Shown one piece after another: positions 27,225 through 47,250 of a stretch of DNA of 64,000 nt. The translations under genes and the position numbers were made by a program. Below the pieces are notes generated by a model. It saw only the letters and a list, made by a program, of their open reading frames with translations, searched no databases and was not told the origin of the DNA. Source of the stretch: the human T2T-CHM13v2.0 reference genome, Homo sapiens; assembly GCF_009914755.1 (NCBI RefSeq), contig NC_060925.1, one strand, 5' to 3'. Numbering within the stretch: position 1 is the first letter of the stretch; every line of letters begins with the position of its first letter.

Positions 27225-28836
27225 TCATCATACACGCTGCCCAGCAGGTCACCCACTGACCTGCTGCTCTGACACACAGGGTTTGTTCTCTGCCCACACC
27301 TAGGCAAGGGTGGGTGTGACCGGGGAGCCCGGGGTGGGGCAGGGGCACCAGCTACATGTATGAGGTAGGAGGAAGATTTTATTTTCTACTGGTCAAATCA
27401 CTTAATCTCTCTGTGCCTCAGTTTGTCATGTGCAAAATGAGAATAGTAACAGTACCTATGTCATAGGGTGGCTGTAAGGATTAAATGAGTTAATAAAGAT
27501 GAAATACTTCAGAACACTTAATTTATAGGCCTTACATGCATGGTAGCTGTTATTACTGTGATGAAAAACCGCCTTTTGGAGCATTATGGAACACACAGAA
27601 CCATGCTGAAAATGTCCCTTGCAGATTAAAGGTATTGGAGAGTTCGTCACAGTTCTAAGAGCTATTAATTTTTTAGGGGGCGTAGCTGGGGACATAACTC
27701 CTGCTACTGATGCTCATGTGACAGATGCAGACCCCCAAATGTGCAGTCTGGGGCCGCAGCGGCTGAGGGCATGCTGTGAGGATGCCTGTGCTCCTGGGTA
27801 CTCCCAACCTATGCTCCATGGCTAGGAGCAGCCTCTGTCTGCCCTCCGCAGCTGTCCCCGCAAACACACCTTGCTGGCTATCAAAAGGCTCGACGCTTGT
27901 CTGGCGTCCTAGGCAGTAGCTCCAGCTGTTCCTGGCCCTCTGGATCCCCATCCTCATCTTCCCCTGGCCTGCACTGCTAGCTCCATGTCCCAACTTTGAC
28001 CCTCCTGGATGGTGGAGTCTATTGTTCCTGCACAGCTTTTGGGCCACGATGATTGAAGCTGGCCCATACTTGGATTATGAAGGGGACCTACAGATACCCT
28101 TGGGCCTACCAAGGAACTACCTGTATGTGCCAGCCCCTGGAGAAGCCACTTGGTTCTCCTGATGTGTTTATAAAGCAAAGTCAACTATGCCACAGTCCTC
28201 CACCAGCTGGTCCTGTCCATGAGAATGCACTGTGACTCCCTAGCTCTCTGCTACTCTGGTCTACCATGACCTCTCGCTTCATTCTATCCTTTCTCTTCTA
28301 GCTCCAGCAATCCAAGACAGAGAAGTGGAGGACGTGGTAGGGGATGCTATGCTCAACTCCACTATGTGTGAAATAGGAAGGTATGGCCAGAGAAGTGTCA
28401 CTGGAGATCCAGCTTCCACCTCAAGAAAGCCCTAGAATAGAATGTCTTTTCCACAAGGGAATGCAAGAAAGTCCTATCCCTCTGCCATGTCCTGGTCTCT
28501 CAAGCTGTGTTAATCACTCACAATCTGCATCCTCAAGTGTGAGGAGAAGTTCAATGTAGTCATGTGAGACTCACTGCCTTCTTCCAGCTCCCACCCACCA
28601 CATTAATACCTTCAACTAGCCTGAATTCCCTCTGCCCCCAACCTCCATCCCTTGCTTTCTGTTCAAACAACAGAACTTACTCCAACTCTCTTGAATGTGG
28701 TGAACCTCTGGACTCTGAGTCTTCTGTCTTTTAAAATCTTTTCCTTTGCCTATTTCATTAGCAGATGAGGATCCTCTTGCTGCTCCTAGGCAGGGCCCCA
28801 CAGAAAACCTCCTCCCAAGTTGCCAGATTGATCCTA

Positions 28837-29352
<516 letters not shown>

Positions 29353-30472
29353 TCAATGGGTGCAATAGTTCATGAGGTCCTGGGCATGGGAGCATGTGAA
29401 CATGTCTATTATCATGTGTGAAATGAGCAAATGTCATCCTGCAGTTGCGTAGGTGTGTGCACGTATGAATGCGTAGATAGGATTTTATGTGGGGTTGTGC
29501 ATTAATATGTTCATTCACTCACACATTTGCTTATCTATCCATCTATTCAACAAACACTTATTTTCTAAGGTACTTACTTTTTCTGATTATAGAAAGATTG
29601 AAAATTGGGAAAATTTTAGAAAATGCTGAGATGCATGAAGAAAAAATGATCTCTCCTGATCTTACTAAGAAATAACCACGTTACTGTAAATTATTCCTGT
29701 TTTCTTTCTTATGAATGTAATATTTTCCTTTAAAACACTGGAGTCATATTTTAAATACATTATAATGAATGCATTTCCCTCAACACTGGCATAATATTTC
29801 ATCTAGTAGATATACTATCATTAAAATATCCATTTCTCTATTTTAGGGAAATTTTCTAGTTCCAGTTTTTATATACTACAAATGGCCTTGTAATGGGAAC
29901 AGCCTTTATTCATAAATGTTTGACTCCCTCCGTATCTTCTTATGATAAAAATTGTTAGAAATGTAATTAATGGGTCCAATCATTTTCAAGGATCTTGACA
30001 CAAATCGCCAAATTGTTTTCCCAGAATGGTACCATTTTAGAATTTGGCGTTCATGGCTGAACCCGACCTGCACTAAGTGTTATTGTTTAAAAACACTCTG
30101 AGTTGATGGTGTAAGTGGAAAATGACATTTTGAGTTTACTTTTTTTTTGATGATTGCTGAAAAATATTTTTTCTTTTGTTTGTTGACTGATTGTACTTGG
30201 GATCCTGGGAAGTCTCTGCCCCTATTTTTGGTTCAGTTTAGGGATATCAGTCTTTTCTCTTTGTTCATAAGAGTTCTTTATGTATTCAGGTTATTAATAT
30301 TTGCCATTTAAACATTTCCCTTTAGTCCACAGTGCTTTATCATGTAAAGATGAATAGACACTTCCTCTTCCCTGACCACCAGACAAGTCTGAGCCTTGCA
30401 TGACAGTATGATGCAATGCCATTAGGCTCATCCTTGCCAAGGGTGTGTGCCCATCCATCCTCCCGGCTTTCA

Positions 30473-31770
<1,298 letters not shown>

Positions 31771-32806
31771 ATAGAGAGGGAACTAGAAAGGAGTGACAGA
31801 AGAAGGGAGGAGAAAAGGAAAGGTGTTTAAAAGATGGAGAAATGGAAGAGGGGAGAAGAGAGAGAAAACTGACATGTCAGTATAGCATGGTGAATTGGAA
31901 CATGGGCAAATGAAGTCAGACAGACCCAGAGTCTAATCTTAGCTCTGTCACTTATCAGTTGTCTGATCATGTGCAAAAGCCTTGACTTTCTCCCTGTATA
32001 GGCTATGCCTGTATTCCTATACATGGTGGCCATCCCATCTACCTTATCAGGGTTATTCTAGGGGTTAAATGACTAATGTTGTAAATTGTATGTTACATGA
32101 TGTTGCATGTGTAAAAGCACCTAATCAGTGATAGCTACTAAAATTGTCATTTATCCTTGTAATCATTCTCTATGGCAATTATTATGATCTCTATTTTACT
32201 GAAGCTTAAGAGGCGAAGCTCATTCGTCCAAGGACACAGCTGGTCAGTGACCAAAATGGTACTCAAATTGAGTTTCTGATGCCAAATCTAGCCTCGTTTC
32301 CTGCATAATACACATGTTAATGTGGTAAATAAAAGTAGAAGGTTCATGAAAGGATGTGATAGTCTCTAAGAATTTGGTATGGGTCAGGCCACATCTGCAG
32401 TCTGTGTCCAGTTCTGGATGTGATACTTGGAAAGACCCCAGACCTATCTTAAACTGTAACCATTTCCAGGAAGCTCCCTGGGTATGGCCTGGGTCAATGT
32501 GTTTGTATGACCACACACTGGCCAGTCCTATGCCAGGAGGGGCTGTAGTAATCAACAGTTCCAGAGCTTCCAGTTGGAAGTTGCTGGCTCTTTCTTCCAG
32601 ATGAAGTTTCTGCTTCCTTCAGGCTCACTTTCTTCTGAAGTCTGCCTGGGCTGGGGAGGTGGGTAGGGAAAGCCATCCAGATTTATAGATAGTTTTCATG
32701 CCCTTCCTCTAGGCACTCAGCAACTCTCAGCAACACGAGTTTTCTGGCTAACTGTGTGAAAAAAGTAACACCAGTTTCTTGAGCCAATGATCTGGACCAT
32801 ACGTAC

Positions 32807-32872
32807 TCAAGGCTTGGGTGAGCGGTGGCTCCCGGGCAGTGTTGATGGGTCTCCCACTGGGCCGGACCTCTG
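32807..32872 (-). CDS. CSMD2: CSMD2 short linker exon (AEVRPSGRPINTAREPPLTQAL)
   Basis: 66 bp, ttccccag|cag| NAGNAG acceptor, A|gtacgt donor, phase 1-1; joins ...PPICL to IPGDVF. Confidence 0.88.
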   Translation of the reverse strand, partial: QRSGPVGDPSTLPGSHRSPKP

Positions 32873-33445
32873 CTGGGGAAAAAGAGTGGAAGAAAACAGG
32901 TTCAGCTTCTGGTTCACACTCTGTTGGAAAAATAATGACCACCTGTCTGACCTTAGGTCAATGGGTTCTTTGAGATCTTGCTTTCCCCTTATTTTTTTTA
33001 GACCAGGAGGTAGACTGCTTTGATGCTCTAATGATGCTATGGATCCCTCTCAGAATAAAAAATACAAAGAATTACAGAGGAAGTCCATTTTATTAGTTGG
33101 AGTTCTTACAATATTAGACAAGACATTAGGATATAGTGGTATATATGATTCTTTATTACTGCATTAAATAACAGGATCTAGCAGTGAGTCAAGAAATAAC
33201 CATAATCTTGAAGTAGTCAGGAACATGAACAATATTCATGATATTGGTAGCAACTGGAATATATACAAAAGTCTTTTCAATTTCTACTGGTGACAAAGTC
33301 ACAGGTGCTAACACTCCTAAGGGTTGTTGTCTACATTCCAAATTAAAGGAGAGGCTACATTTCAGTAAGAAGTAAAGGAATAAAAGGTGTATATTTTCCC
33401 ATCCAAGTGCACAGACTCCCTGAATGTCCTCATTGAAAACTTTGC

Positions 33446-33569
33446 GGAGGCTGAGGCAGGAGAATGGTGTGAACCTGCGAGGCGGAGCTTGCAGTGAGCC
33501 AAGATCACGCCACTGCACTCCAGCCTGGGTGACGGAGTGAGACTCTGTCTCAAAAAAAAAAAAAAAAAA
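33446..33569 (+). mobile_element. 5'-truncated AluY (right arm)
   Basis: gaatggtgtgaacc...ggcggagcttgcagtgag plus a long A tail. Confidence 0.85.
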
Positions 33570-34379
33570 GTCCTGCCCTCGACTTTGCTTTTCTTCCAGA
33601 TGCCTCGCATGAAGGAAGAACTTCTACCCATCAACGGTGAACTCTGTGAGTCCTGGTGGGGGTTGCAGAGGAGCGCCTTCCTCCCTTGGAATGATGAGAT
33701 TAAGACCAAGAAGCCCTCACAGGCAAAGCAAAGGCAAAAGCTTTGGGCCTGGGCCAGACGGCCAAGGTTCAGGTCCCAGCAGTGCCACTTAATGACTGCG
33801 TGACCTTGACTAGTAACTTCACCACTCAGAGTCTTTGCCTCCTCATTTGAAACCTGGAAAAAACTGAAACATACCTCACAGGTCTATGCTGAATAAATGA
33901 GGTTATGAACAGGAAAGTCATGACCAGTAAGTATTAATGTCTTTTCTTCTTTTGCAGAGAAACAATAGAAAATCTGCCTTGTCGCCATTAAGGGCAGACT
34001 CCCCACTGTCTGCCTTGGCGGGGAGCACAGCTTTAGCAAATCTCCTTCAACTCTGGAGGTCAGCCTATGCCTCAGTACACAGAATGCTGTGGAGAAAGTT
34101 TCTGCAGTGACTCAATGCAAGTGTACTTCTGAACAAAATGCTTTATCGTCTTAGGTTTCATAAGATGAATGGAGCAAAGAAGGAGAAAGCATCTTATGTG
34201 CGAGGTACTGTGATAGGCACTTCTTCATTTCCTCCTGCTCTTGAAACTCTGAAGTAGAGATTATTTTCCCCATTTTATAGCACAGAAACTTTTTGAGAGG
34301 CAGAGAAATGAAAGGGCTTGCTCAAGATCATACAGTAATGGGTTGAATTCAGCTGCCTCTAAAACATTATATATTTTTA

Positions 34380-37300
34380 AATAAAAGTAGCTATAATAAC
34401 AGATAAAAATATTTAAGAATAAATGTAACCAAAGAAATGCAAGACTTGTACACTGAAAAATATAAAGCATCATTGAAAGAAATTAATTATCTAAATAAAT
34501 GGAAAGACATCACATGTTCATGGTTTGGAAACCTTAATATTGTTCAGATGGCAATACTCCCCAAATTGATCTACAGGTTCAATGCAATTTCTGCCAAAAT
34601 TCCAGCTCTCTAGTTTGCAGAAATTGACAAGCCAATCTTAAAATCTGTATAGAAACAAAAGGCAAAACAATAGGCAAACAGTCTTAAAAAAGAACAAAGT
34701 TGGATAATTGATACGTCCCAATATTTTTTGTTTTCTTTCATTTAAAACAATTTATTTTTATTTAGAGACAAAGTCTTGCTCTGTTATTCAGGCTGGAGTG
34801 CAGTGGTGTAATCATAGCTCACTGTAACCTCCAAATCCTGGGCTCAAGTGAACCTCCTACCTCAGCCTTCTGAATAGCTAAGACTACAGGCATACACCAC
34901 CACTCCTGGCTAATTTCTTTACTTTTATTTTTTTGTAGACATGTAGTCTCCCTAGGGTGCCCAGACTGGGACACTTGCCAATTTGAAAACCTACTACAAA
35001 GCTAAAGTAATCAGGGCTGGGTGGTAATGGCATAAAGAGAGTCATAGAGATCAATGGAATAGAATAGAGAATCCAGATATAAACTCATACATTTATGGTC
35101 AAATGATTTTTGACGGGAGTGTCAAGACAATTCAACAGGGAAAGAATAGTCTTGCCAACAAATGGTGCTGGAACAACTGGATAGCCACATAAAAAAGAAT
35201 GAGTTTGGATTCTAACCTAATATCATAAAAAATTAATTCAAAATGGATCAAAGACATAAATCTAAGAAGTAAAACTAGAAAACTCTAAGAATAAAACATA
35301 GGCATAAATCTTTGTGACCTTGGATGTATCACAGTTTCTTAGATATGACAACAAAAGCATATGCAACCCCCAAAATAGAAAAGTTAGATTTTATCAAAAT
35401 TAAAGACACTGGTGCTTCAGAGAACACCAACAAGAGAGCGAAAAGACACCCCGTGAAATGGGAAAAAATTTGCAAATCATGTACCTTATAAAGGCCTTGT
35501 ATTTTAGATAGAGAAAGAACACTTTCAACTCAACAATAAAAAGATAAGTCAGTAAAAAATGGACAAAGGATTTGAATAGACATTTCTCTAAGGAAGACAT
35601 ACACATAAAAAAGTGCTGAGCACCATTAGCCATTAAGGAAATATAAATCATTTTTGCACAATGATACAGGCAACAAAAGCAAAAGTAGACAAATGAGATT
35701 ACATCAAACTGAAAAGCTTCTGCACAGCAAAGGAAACAATCAACAGAGTGAAGAGGCAACCTATGGAATGGGAGAAATTGTTTGCAAACCACACATCTGG
35801 TAAGAGATTAACATCTAAGGAACATATAGAAGGAACTAAAACAACTCGATAGCAAGAAAATAGATAACCTGATTTAAAAACAGGCAAAGGACCTGAATAG
35901 ACATTTCTGAAAAGAAGACATACAAATGGCCAACAGGTATATGAAAAATGCTCAGCATCACTAACCATCAGGGAAATGCAAGTGAAACCCACAATGAGAT
36001 ATCACCTCCTACCTGTTAGAAGGACTATTATAAATAAGATTAAAGATAACAAGTGTTGGTAAGGAGGTGGAGAAAAGGAAACTCTTGCACATTGTTAGTG
36101 GGAATTTAAGTTAATGTAACCATTATGGAAAACGTATGAAGGTTCCTCAAAAAATTAAAAATAGAACTACCATATGATACAGCAATACCATTATGGAGTA
36201 TATATCCAAAGGAAACAAAATCAGTAAGTCAAAGAGATATCTGCACTCTCATGTTTATTGAGGCATTATTCATAATAGCCAAGATACGGAAACAACCTAA
36301 GTGTCCATCAGTGGATGAATGGATAAAGAAAACATGGAATATATACACAATGGAATACTATGCAGCCTTAAAAAAGAAAGAAATTCTGCCATTTGTGACC
36401 ACAGGGATAACCTGGAGGACATTATGTTAAGTGAAATAAGCCAGGTACGGTAAGACAAATACTGCACAATCTCACTTATCTGTGGAATCTAAAGTAATTG
36501 AACTAATTAATAGAAGTAGAGAGTAGAATAGTGGATACCAGGGGCTAGGGTGGGGTGGTACTGGGGGGTTGGAATTGGAAAGATGTTGGCCAAAGGGCAC
36601 AGAATTTCAGTTAGACAGGGAATAAGTTCAAGATCTCTTGTACATCATGGTGACCATAGTTAATAACAATGCACTGTGTACTTGAAAATTACTGAGAGTA
36701 GATTTTGTGTTCTTACCACAAAAAATGGCAAGTATATGAAGTTAATGGATATGTTAATTAACATGACTTTGCCACTCCACAATGTATACATATATCAAAA
36801 CATCATGCTGTACACTCTACATATATACAACTTTTATTTGTCAATTAAAAAATAATTGGATGAAAATTCAAACAAACAATAAAAAACACCACAATGAGAT
36901 ACCACTTTATACCCACTGATCATGGATACACTAAAACAGGATGGACAAGTGTGGGGAAGGATGTCGAGAAATTGGACCCTGATGCATTGCTGGTGGGAAT
37001 AACATGGTGCAAGAGTTTTGGAAAACTTTGGCAATTCCTCAAAATATTACACATAGAGTTACTGTTTTCCTAGATATGTCCCCAGGAGAACTGAAAACAT
37101 ATTAAAACAAAACATGTACATGTATGTTCACAGAAGTATTATTTGTAATAGCCAAAAAGTGGAAACAGCCTAAACAGCCATCAACAGGTGAATGGATAAA
37201 CAAAAAGTGATGTCCATATGATGAGATATGATTCACGCATAAGAAGGAAAGAAATTCCGACAGATGCCACAACATGGTTAAATCTTGAAAACATTATGCT

Positions 37301-37600
37301 AAGGGAAATAAGCCAGACACAAAAGAACAAATATTGTATGATTCCACTAACATGAGGTACTTAGAATAGGCAAATTTACAGAAGCAGGAAGTATGATAGC
37401 AGTTACTATGGGCTAAGAGAAGGGGGAAATGGGCAGTTATTGTTTAATGGGTATGGAGTTTCTGTTCGAGATAATGAAAAAATTCTGGAAATGGATAGTG
37501 GTGATGGCTGTGCAATATCATAAACATAACTAATGCCACTGAATTGTACACTTAAAATTGTATATTATGTATATTCTATCACAATAAAAACTTAAATGTA
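34380..37600 (+). mobile_element. L1MB-like element interrupted by an AluJ (~34722-34970, minus) and a second L1 (L1MA-like, ~35650-36880)
   Basis: L1 ORF2/3' UTR sequence occurs twice. The outer copy breaks at ...ggaaatataaatc and resumes at accacaatgagatacc. Confidence 0.8.
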
Positions 37601-38614
37601 CTTTAATAAATGTACTTTATATCACTACTGTATGTGGAAAACAAAAGAAATTTCCAAGTGATACCATGAAAATAAAACACCGTTAGTAAGTTCTAGCTCT
37701 GATATAGTCTCTGACCCTGAAGGCTTCCCTCTGAGTGGCAGGATAGCAAAATAGTCATAGATCCTAAAGTTAGACCATCAGGGTATAGATCTTCAGCACT
37801 TAACCTTTCTCAGCTGGGGACCTTGGACACATTAATTAACTTCTCTATGCCCTAGTTTCCTCATATATTAAATAGCCTCATAGGATCTTGTGAAGATTAA
37901 ATGAGTTGAAACATACAAAGCACTTAGCACAATGCCTGGTATCTGGTGAGGTGAGTGCCTATCAGAGAGTTTAATGCTATTCCAGCACTGAACTAATCGT
38001 TTAACCTTAATCCTTTCCCTCAAGACTGGACTCAGACATCACCTTCTCCAGGAAGTCCTCCCTGACTTCTCCTTTCCCCCACTTTAGTGCCCTTCCTCCT
38101 CATTCCTACAGCATTTGGCACATCTCCATGTTCCTCCAAGTACTCCAAATATAAAATCTGATAACGTGTCTGTCTTCCACATGGCAGGGTTGTGTCTTTC
38201 CCCTCTGAATCCCTCATGCCTAGCGCAAGCATGGGGCCACATGAACTCTCAATAAATAGAGAACGAGTGAATGAAGAAGAGGGGAAGGGAGGTCTGGGAC
38301 ATCCTGGTAACCCCAAGGGACCTACAGGCGGGTGCTGTTTTATCAAGGGTGCAATATGTGTAATGCGTCACTCCAGTTTGGTGGAAGAAAGCACTTTCCT
38401 CTGCCTGATGATGAAATGTGATCCTGTGAGTGTTTCAGCCCAGGCAAAAGGGGCAACCCTTGGGGTGGGTTGAGTATGCACCTTTTTAGACCGCTCTGCT
38501 TTGCTCTTCTAGACTCAAAACCTTAGAAAATCAGAAGCGGGATCCAGCTCCTTGAAACGCAATTCCTTCCTTCTCTTTTGCCCTCTTTCAGCTCAAGTTC
38601 AGCCAGCACTTTCA

Positions 38615-38872
<258 letters not shown>

Positions 38873-39332
38873 TTAGGGGCTTCAGGGGCCCTTTCGACCA
38901 TTCCCCTGTTCCTAGATAGAATATCCTCTTCCTTTCCCTTCCAGTCCCTTTCATGCCAAGCATCCCCCTCCCTAATCCTCCACCCTAACCCAAGCTCTGT
39001 GTCTAGAGGAATGGCCAAGATGGAGATCATGTGGATATCGGCTTGGTTGACTCTGAGTTGGGGGAACTTAAGCCTGCAGCACTTCCTGAGGGGTAAAGGA
39101 GTAACTGGGTCAAAAGCTTGATATCTCCATCCTGAGGCCTGGCCTTGCAGTTGTTAGTTTTTGCTGCTGCCACTGGATAGTTTTTCTTTGCTAAGGCATA
39201 GGGATTGCCTTCCAATATCAGAAAGGCTTTTGTGTGGAAGTCTTCTGTGAGGCCCCAAAGTGTAAGGACTACAAAGAGACCGATGTCGGTTCGCATGGGG
39301 AGTTGTGAACTCCCTGTCATTCAGAGCATTCA

Positions 39333-39839
<507 letters not shown>

Positions 39840-41723
39840 TTAGTCTTCCTAAGGATACAGTGGGGATGACCATCCTTGCCACAATCACACTGGAATGTTG
39901 TGACACTCAAATGTGATGGCGGATTTGACAGCATTTTACAAAATGTGAAGAAGAGTGCAAATTAAATATTGTGTGTGTGTTCCTTTCCTCAATGAAATTG
40001 CAAATTCTTTAAGGATGGGAGACTTGTCTTTACAGATATGGCCCCCATAGAATCTGTTGAACGAACTGCCACCCTCCCTCCCTGCTCTGCTCAGTTATGT
40101 TCCCTACCTTAACCCTCCACCAGCCCCTCACTGTACAACTCGACACCCCGCAACCACGGGCTCCATCTCTCCCTACCCAATCCACTTGGTGTAATGCGGC
40201 TAGATCTGTTTCCTATACTGCAACTCGGATTATACTACTTCCCAGTTCAAACACTTATGTGTCCCTATTACCTACTGGAGCATGTGCAAATGCAATGTGT
40301 AACTCTTAAATTCCACTCCCTTCTTCCATGCTGAACACTTTTTTGTCTTGGATTTCATCATTTGACTTAGCAAATGGCACCTTTATCCATGCAGTTGTGC
40401 AAATAAAAAACCTCAAGTCATCTTTGATCCCTTCGACCCCACAATCCAACCCATCAATGAGTCCTCTTGGTTCTGCCTACAAAATGTATCCTGAACAAGC
40501 GTTCAGGATCACTTCTCACCTTCTTTTTCCCTGGAGTCATGACAACAGTGTCCTCCTTGCCTAAGTGCATCTATTCTCAACTCCCTGATATTCATTCTCT
40601 ACTCAGCAGCCTGAGTAATATTTCAAATGAAGAATCAGATTGTGTCACCTTCAAATGGCATTTTAGATAAAATCCAAAATACTTATCATGGCTTCAAGGC
40701 CCTGCATGACCTGTCCCATGCTGCCGCCTTTGCAAAAATTATGTGATATCCGACATACACAAAATAATATATGGAACACATATAAAGTATAATAATAAAA
40801 TGGATATTTTAGATTGAATCCACCATGCAACTTAAGAGCTATGGACATGGTTGTAATGTTCTAGGGGCTCTTTCCCTGCTGTGTTCCTCAACACCCCTCC
40901 GTAGTAATGGCTGTCTTGAAATTTGTGTTAATTTCCTTGCCTTGTTAAAAAACAATCCTATCACATATGTGCATACATACCTCTAAACAATTTAGTAAGT
41001 TTTTGCTGGTTTTAATATTTGTAAAAGTAGTGTCATGCCACCTTTGTCACTTGATAGTATGTTTCTAAGATTCATCCATGTCATGCAGAGCTGTAATTCA
41101 TTCATTTTCTTTGCTGTATAATAATCCATCACGTGACTATACCCACAAATTTCCTGTTTCTTGGTGACATGTGCAAGAGTGCCTCTGGGATATGTTTGCA
41201 GAGGTGGAACTTTTGGGTCATAGAGTGTGTGAATGTTTAACTTTACACACCAGGACCAAGCTGTTTTCCAACCTAGCCTCACTCTTGACTACATTTCCTT
41301 ATCCTCCCTCACGGGGCTGCAGACTTGCTAGCTGGCCTATTTTCCAGGCCCCCAGGCTGCTAAGCACTTCCCTCAGCACTCCTTTGCACCAGCCCTTCGT
41401 TCAGCCAGGAATGTCACCCTGCTCTGCACAGGGCTAGCCCTTCTCATCATGGAGGCCGTAGTTCAAATGTCACCCTTCCCTAACCACCTTTCCTAAAATG
41501 GTAACCCACCCCGTTCACACCCCTTTATATCAATCACCGTGTCGTGTCTACTGCTCTCAGAAGCTAGCTCGTTTATTTATTTATCATCTTCAGCCAGGCA
41601 GCTCCCTTCAAACAGGCACCCAGTCTGTCCTGTTCCCACTGTATTCCTAGCTCCTAGAACAGTTCAGGGCCATAAGCATGTGCCGAGTGAGTACAGACTA
41701 AGTGAATAAGTCACATTACTTGA

Positions 41724-42127
<404 letters not shown>

Positions 42128-42332
42128 ATCCTTTTCTCTGTTCAATGTGTCACAACCCAGACTGTCCAGGTTCTCTCCTCCCAAAGCTCATCTGAGGTGT
42201 GTCCGCAGGGCCTGTGTCCTGGTGGGCCAGGCATGCCAACAGGCCTGCCTCCTGTGTGGCACATGCTCGTTGCCACTGTGCATGAGCCCAGTGTCTGTGG
42301 GTGGGGTGGGCACCGTGAGGACAGAGGTCTCA

Positions 42333-42734
<402 letters not shown>

Positions 42735-42972
42735 TCATGGAAGCCTTCACGGCCTCATCTCACTCTGGGAAATAGGTGTAGAAAAGAAAATGCGGCCACA
42801 TCCTGACTTCCCTGCCCACTGAGATCCCCACCTGAGCCTTGGCCCTGGCTGTCTATTTGACTCCTCGAAGCACACTAGCTCTGGCTATTTTACATCCTGC
42901 TGCAGAAGCTCAGAGGATGAGATGTTCCCTTTTGCAGATGAGACCACTGAAGACAGGGAAGGAAAGTAATCA

Positions 42973-43242
<270 letters not shown>

Positions 43243-44570
43243 CTAAGTTGCTTTCCAGAACCCAATCTTCCAGTCCCACACCCCCATCTTTGTTCTTTGC
43301 ACTGCTCCCTTCCTGGTTGAGCTTGAACTCTGGGAACCGGGGCAGCCCCAGGTAGGTGCTTCCACCTGCTGCAGTGCTGCTGCTGATGGGGGCTTCCTCT
43401 CCCTTCTACATTCAAAGTGCCTATTAATAATGATCCAAGTAATGGAGTAACATTACAGGAAGTTTAGAACATGAAAGAGAAATAAACGAAAATCCCACTA
43501 TTCAAAACTTTTTTTCCATTTTCACGCACATTCTTTTCCAATCTTTGTTCAGTTGTATGGAAACTTGTGCGGAGCGGCAAACCCAAGCCTATGTGATCGT
43601 AAATCTTGTTTCATTCACTTAGCATTATCTTGTAAATATTTCCTATGTTTATGACATCATCATCGCTTATTGGCTACACAATTAGCAACAGGTGGTTGTA
43701 CCATAATTATATTTTATCATAATCCTTATATTGGGCATTTTCTATTATACAGTTATATATAACTCTTCTTTCACCTGTTTTGTTTTCTTTTTTGTTTTTT
43801 CTTTTCACATGTATTACTTTCTTAGGAGAATTCTCTAGGAGTGAACTTATTATTTTTAAAGGGCTGAACACATCCACAGCTCTTGATGGGTAGTGTCAAA
43901 TGTCTTTCCCCAAAGGGTACACATTTACACTGCGGTGGGTAGTGCATGGGTGTACCCATTTCATTCAGGCCATGTTAACATCAGGCAGTGCCATTAAAAA
44001 TTGACTACCAAAGGCAAAGCTCACCACGATGTCACTTCAAGCATTGCTTTATGCTATGATGCAAATGTGTGTGCGTGTGCGTGTGTGTGTGTGTGTCTGT
44101 GTGTATGTGTATATGGAGTCATGAGATACATAACCACATGCAAAATAAAATGAAGCTGGACCTGCATCCTCTGCCCTGAAGGTTGGGGTGTCTATGCTGA
44201 CCAATTAGAAGTCAGTTTAAGAATCGATTGATGGGAAGTTACTGTATCCAGAAGGAGGCAACTGAAAGAACCAGAAACACAAACGGCTGACAAGTGAAGA
44301 GCAACCAGCGTGGCCTTTCTCATAAGCAATGTGATGCCAATTAAAGTAATGAGCGATCTTTTAAAGCTCCTCAGGCTGGTAAATATTTAAAAATACTGGC
44401 ACAATCCATTATTGATGAGGGTGTGCATCCAGAAACATTCTCATTAACTGCTGTGGGGAATGTAAATTGGGACAGTTTCTAGAAGACAGTTTGACAACAT
44501 ATGTCAAGAAGGGAGGCATGACTGCCCTCGGCCCAGCATTCTCATGCCTAGGGCTTTGCTGCAGGAGTAA

Positions 44571-44870
<300 letters not shown>

Positions 44871-46038
44871 AAGAAAGGCAATTTTCAGGAATACATATTG
44901 CAGAACTGCTTCTAACGTGATTAAGTTGGAGATAATCTAAATTCATCACCAGTGCAAAAAGATTAAATAACTTGTATCTACAAGGAAATTCTTTAAAGCC
45001 ATTAAAAATGATGATGCATAGATCAGTAAATATTGATAAAGAAAGGTAGAAAGGTATTGATGGAAAGGTTTTGGTGGCCTATCAGTGAATACAAGTTATG
45101 AAACAGTATGTACAGCATGAGCCAATACCAGTTCTAGAAAATGTATACATATCACTATCTATTCAAAAATGCACAGTGATTCACACGGGACACCATCAAA
45201 AGCTGAACTGTGGTTATCATTGGAAAGTGTGAGTTCAGATGACTTTTACTTTCTTTTTTGTATTTTCTAATGGGTAAAATTTTTTTCATGATGACCATAA
45301 TTCATTGTTAAAAGGCACTTCAGCTATTTCTCCAGAGGAAAAGCAAGGTGGCTGAGTCCAGACTTGACCCTGGTAGTATGTGAAGGTTGGAAAGGGTAAC
45401 ATTGCACCAAATACCTGTGTCCAGTTTTGAGCTGCTGGCCCTAATCTCTGAGGAAATCCCCAGATGGAAGCAAATTTTCAGAGGAACCCAAAACAGTATC
45501 ATGAGTATGTGGATAGTTTTCTGCAGAATTAGATAAATGGCAATTAGAAAAATACGTCCTACTGTTTGCCCAAAGCACGGGCATGGAGAAAACCTTCCAG
45601 AGCCCATTCACAGGGTGTGACAAGAATAAGTGACCCAGAACCTGCTTACTGGGGATCTCAGTAAAGAGTAAGCCCTGGAATAGATTTGGGGCTCCTCAGG
45701 ATACAACTGGGCCAGGTGTATAAAAAATAAAGCAACTCACCAGAAAATCACAGGTTTCCCAGAAGTCTTTTCTGTGCAGGTCATTTTTCATGAAAACAGA
45801 CATGTATATAGCACTGGGAACCCTCAGATCTTGGAGTACTATTCCATACAGTTAACAACCCTTCAGGTAAAAAAAAAAACCCCCAATATCTCTAGCTTAA
45901 TTTCCTTCTGTTACCATAGACAGTATCTGACACCAGGGCTCAATTAAGGGATCCTCATTTTCTTCCTTTCCACTTCCTTCCCTCTTTAATAGTGTCTTTG
46001 ATGAAGCTCCTCCCTGGTTTTGGGGAGGGGACTACCTA

Positions 46039-46380
<342 letters not shown>

Positions 46381-46682
46381 CTACCCTGCACCCACCTAGA
46401 GCCTGGGCTAAACAGGAAGAACCAGAATGGGGCCCTCTTACTGTGGGAGTTCTGATCTTTTTGCACCTTACAATGCCCTCTCTCAAGTGTGACAACCCAG
46501 TCCTCTGTTTGCGGGACCCTCCCCTCAATGTTCATGGCCCAGGCCTTATTTTGGTACTTCTGATTCACTCCTGGCAGATGTTCAGGGGCCAGTTTTCTCA
46601 CCTTGCACATCCCCTGATAAGATGTTAGGGCTGGCCTTTCACCCCTCTCCCTTCTAGAGAGATGCTCAGGGCCTACATCTCA

Positions 46683-47250
<568 letters not shown>

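Noticed and set aside
33030-33440. Possible old DNA transposon (MER/Charlie-like)
   Set aside because: Family and termini could not be assigned from the sequence alone.
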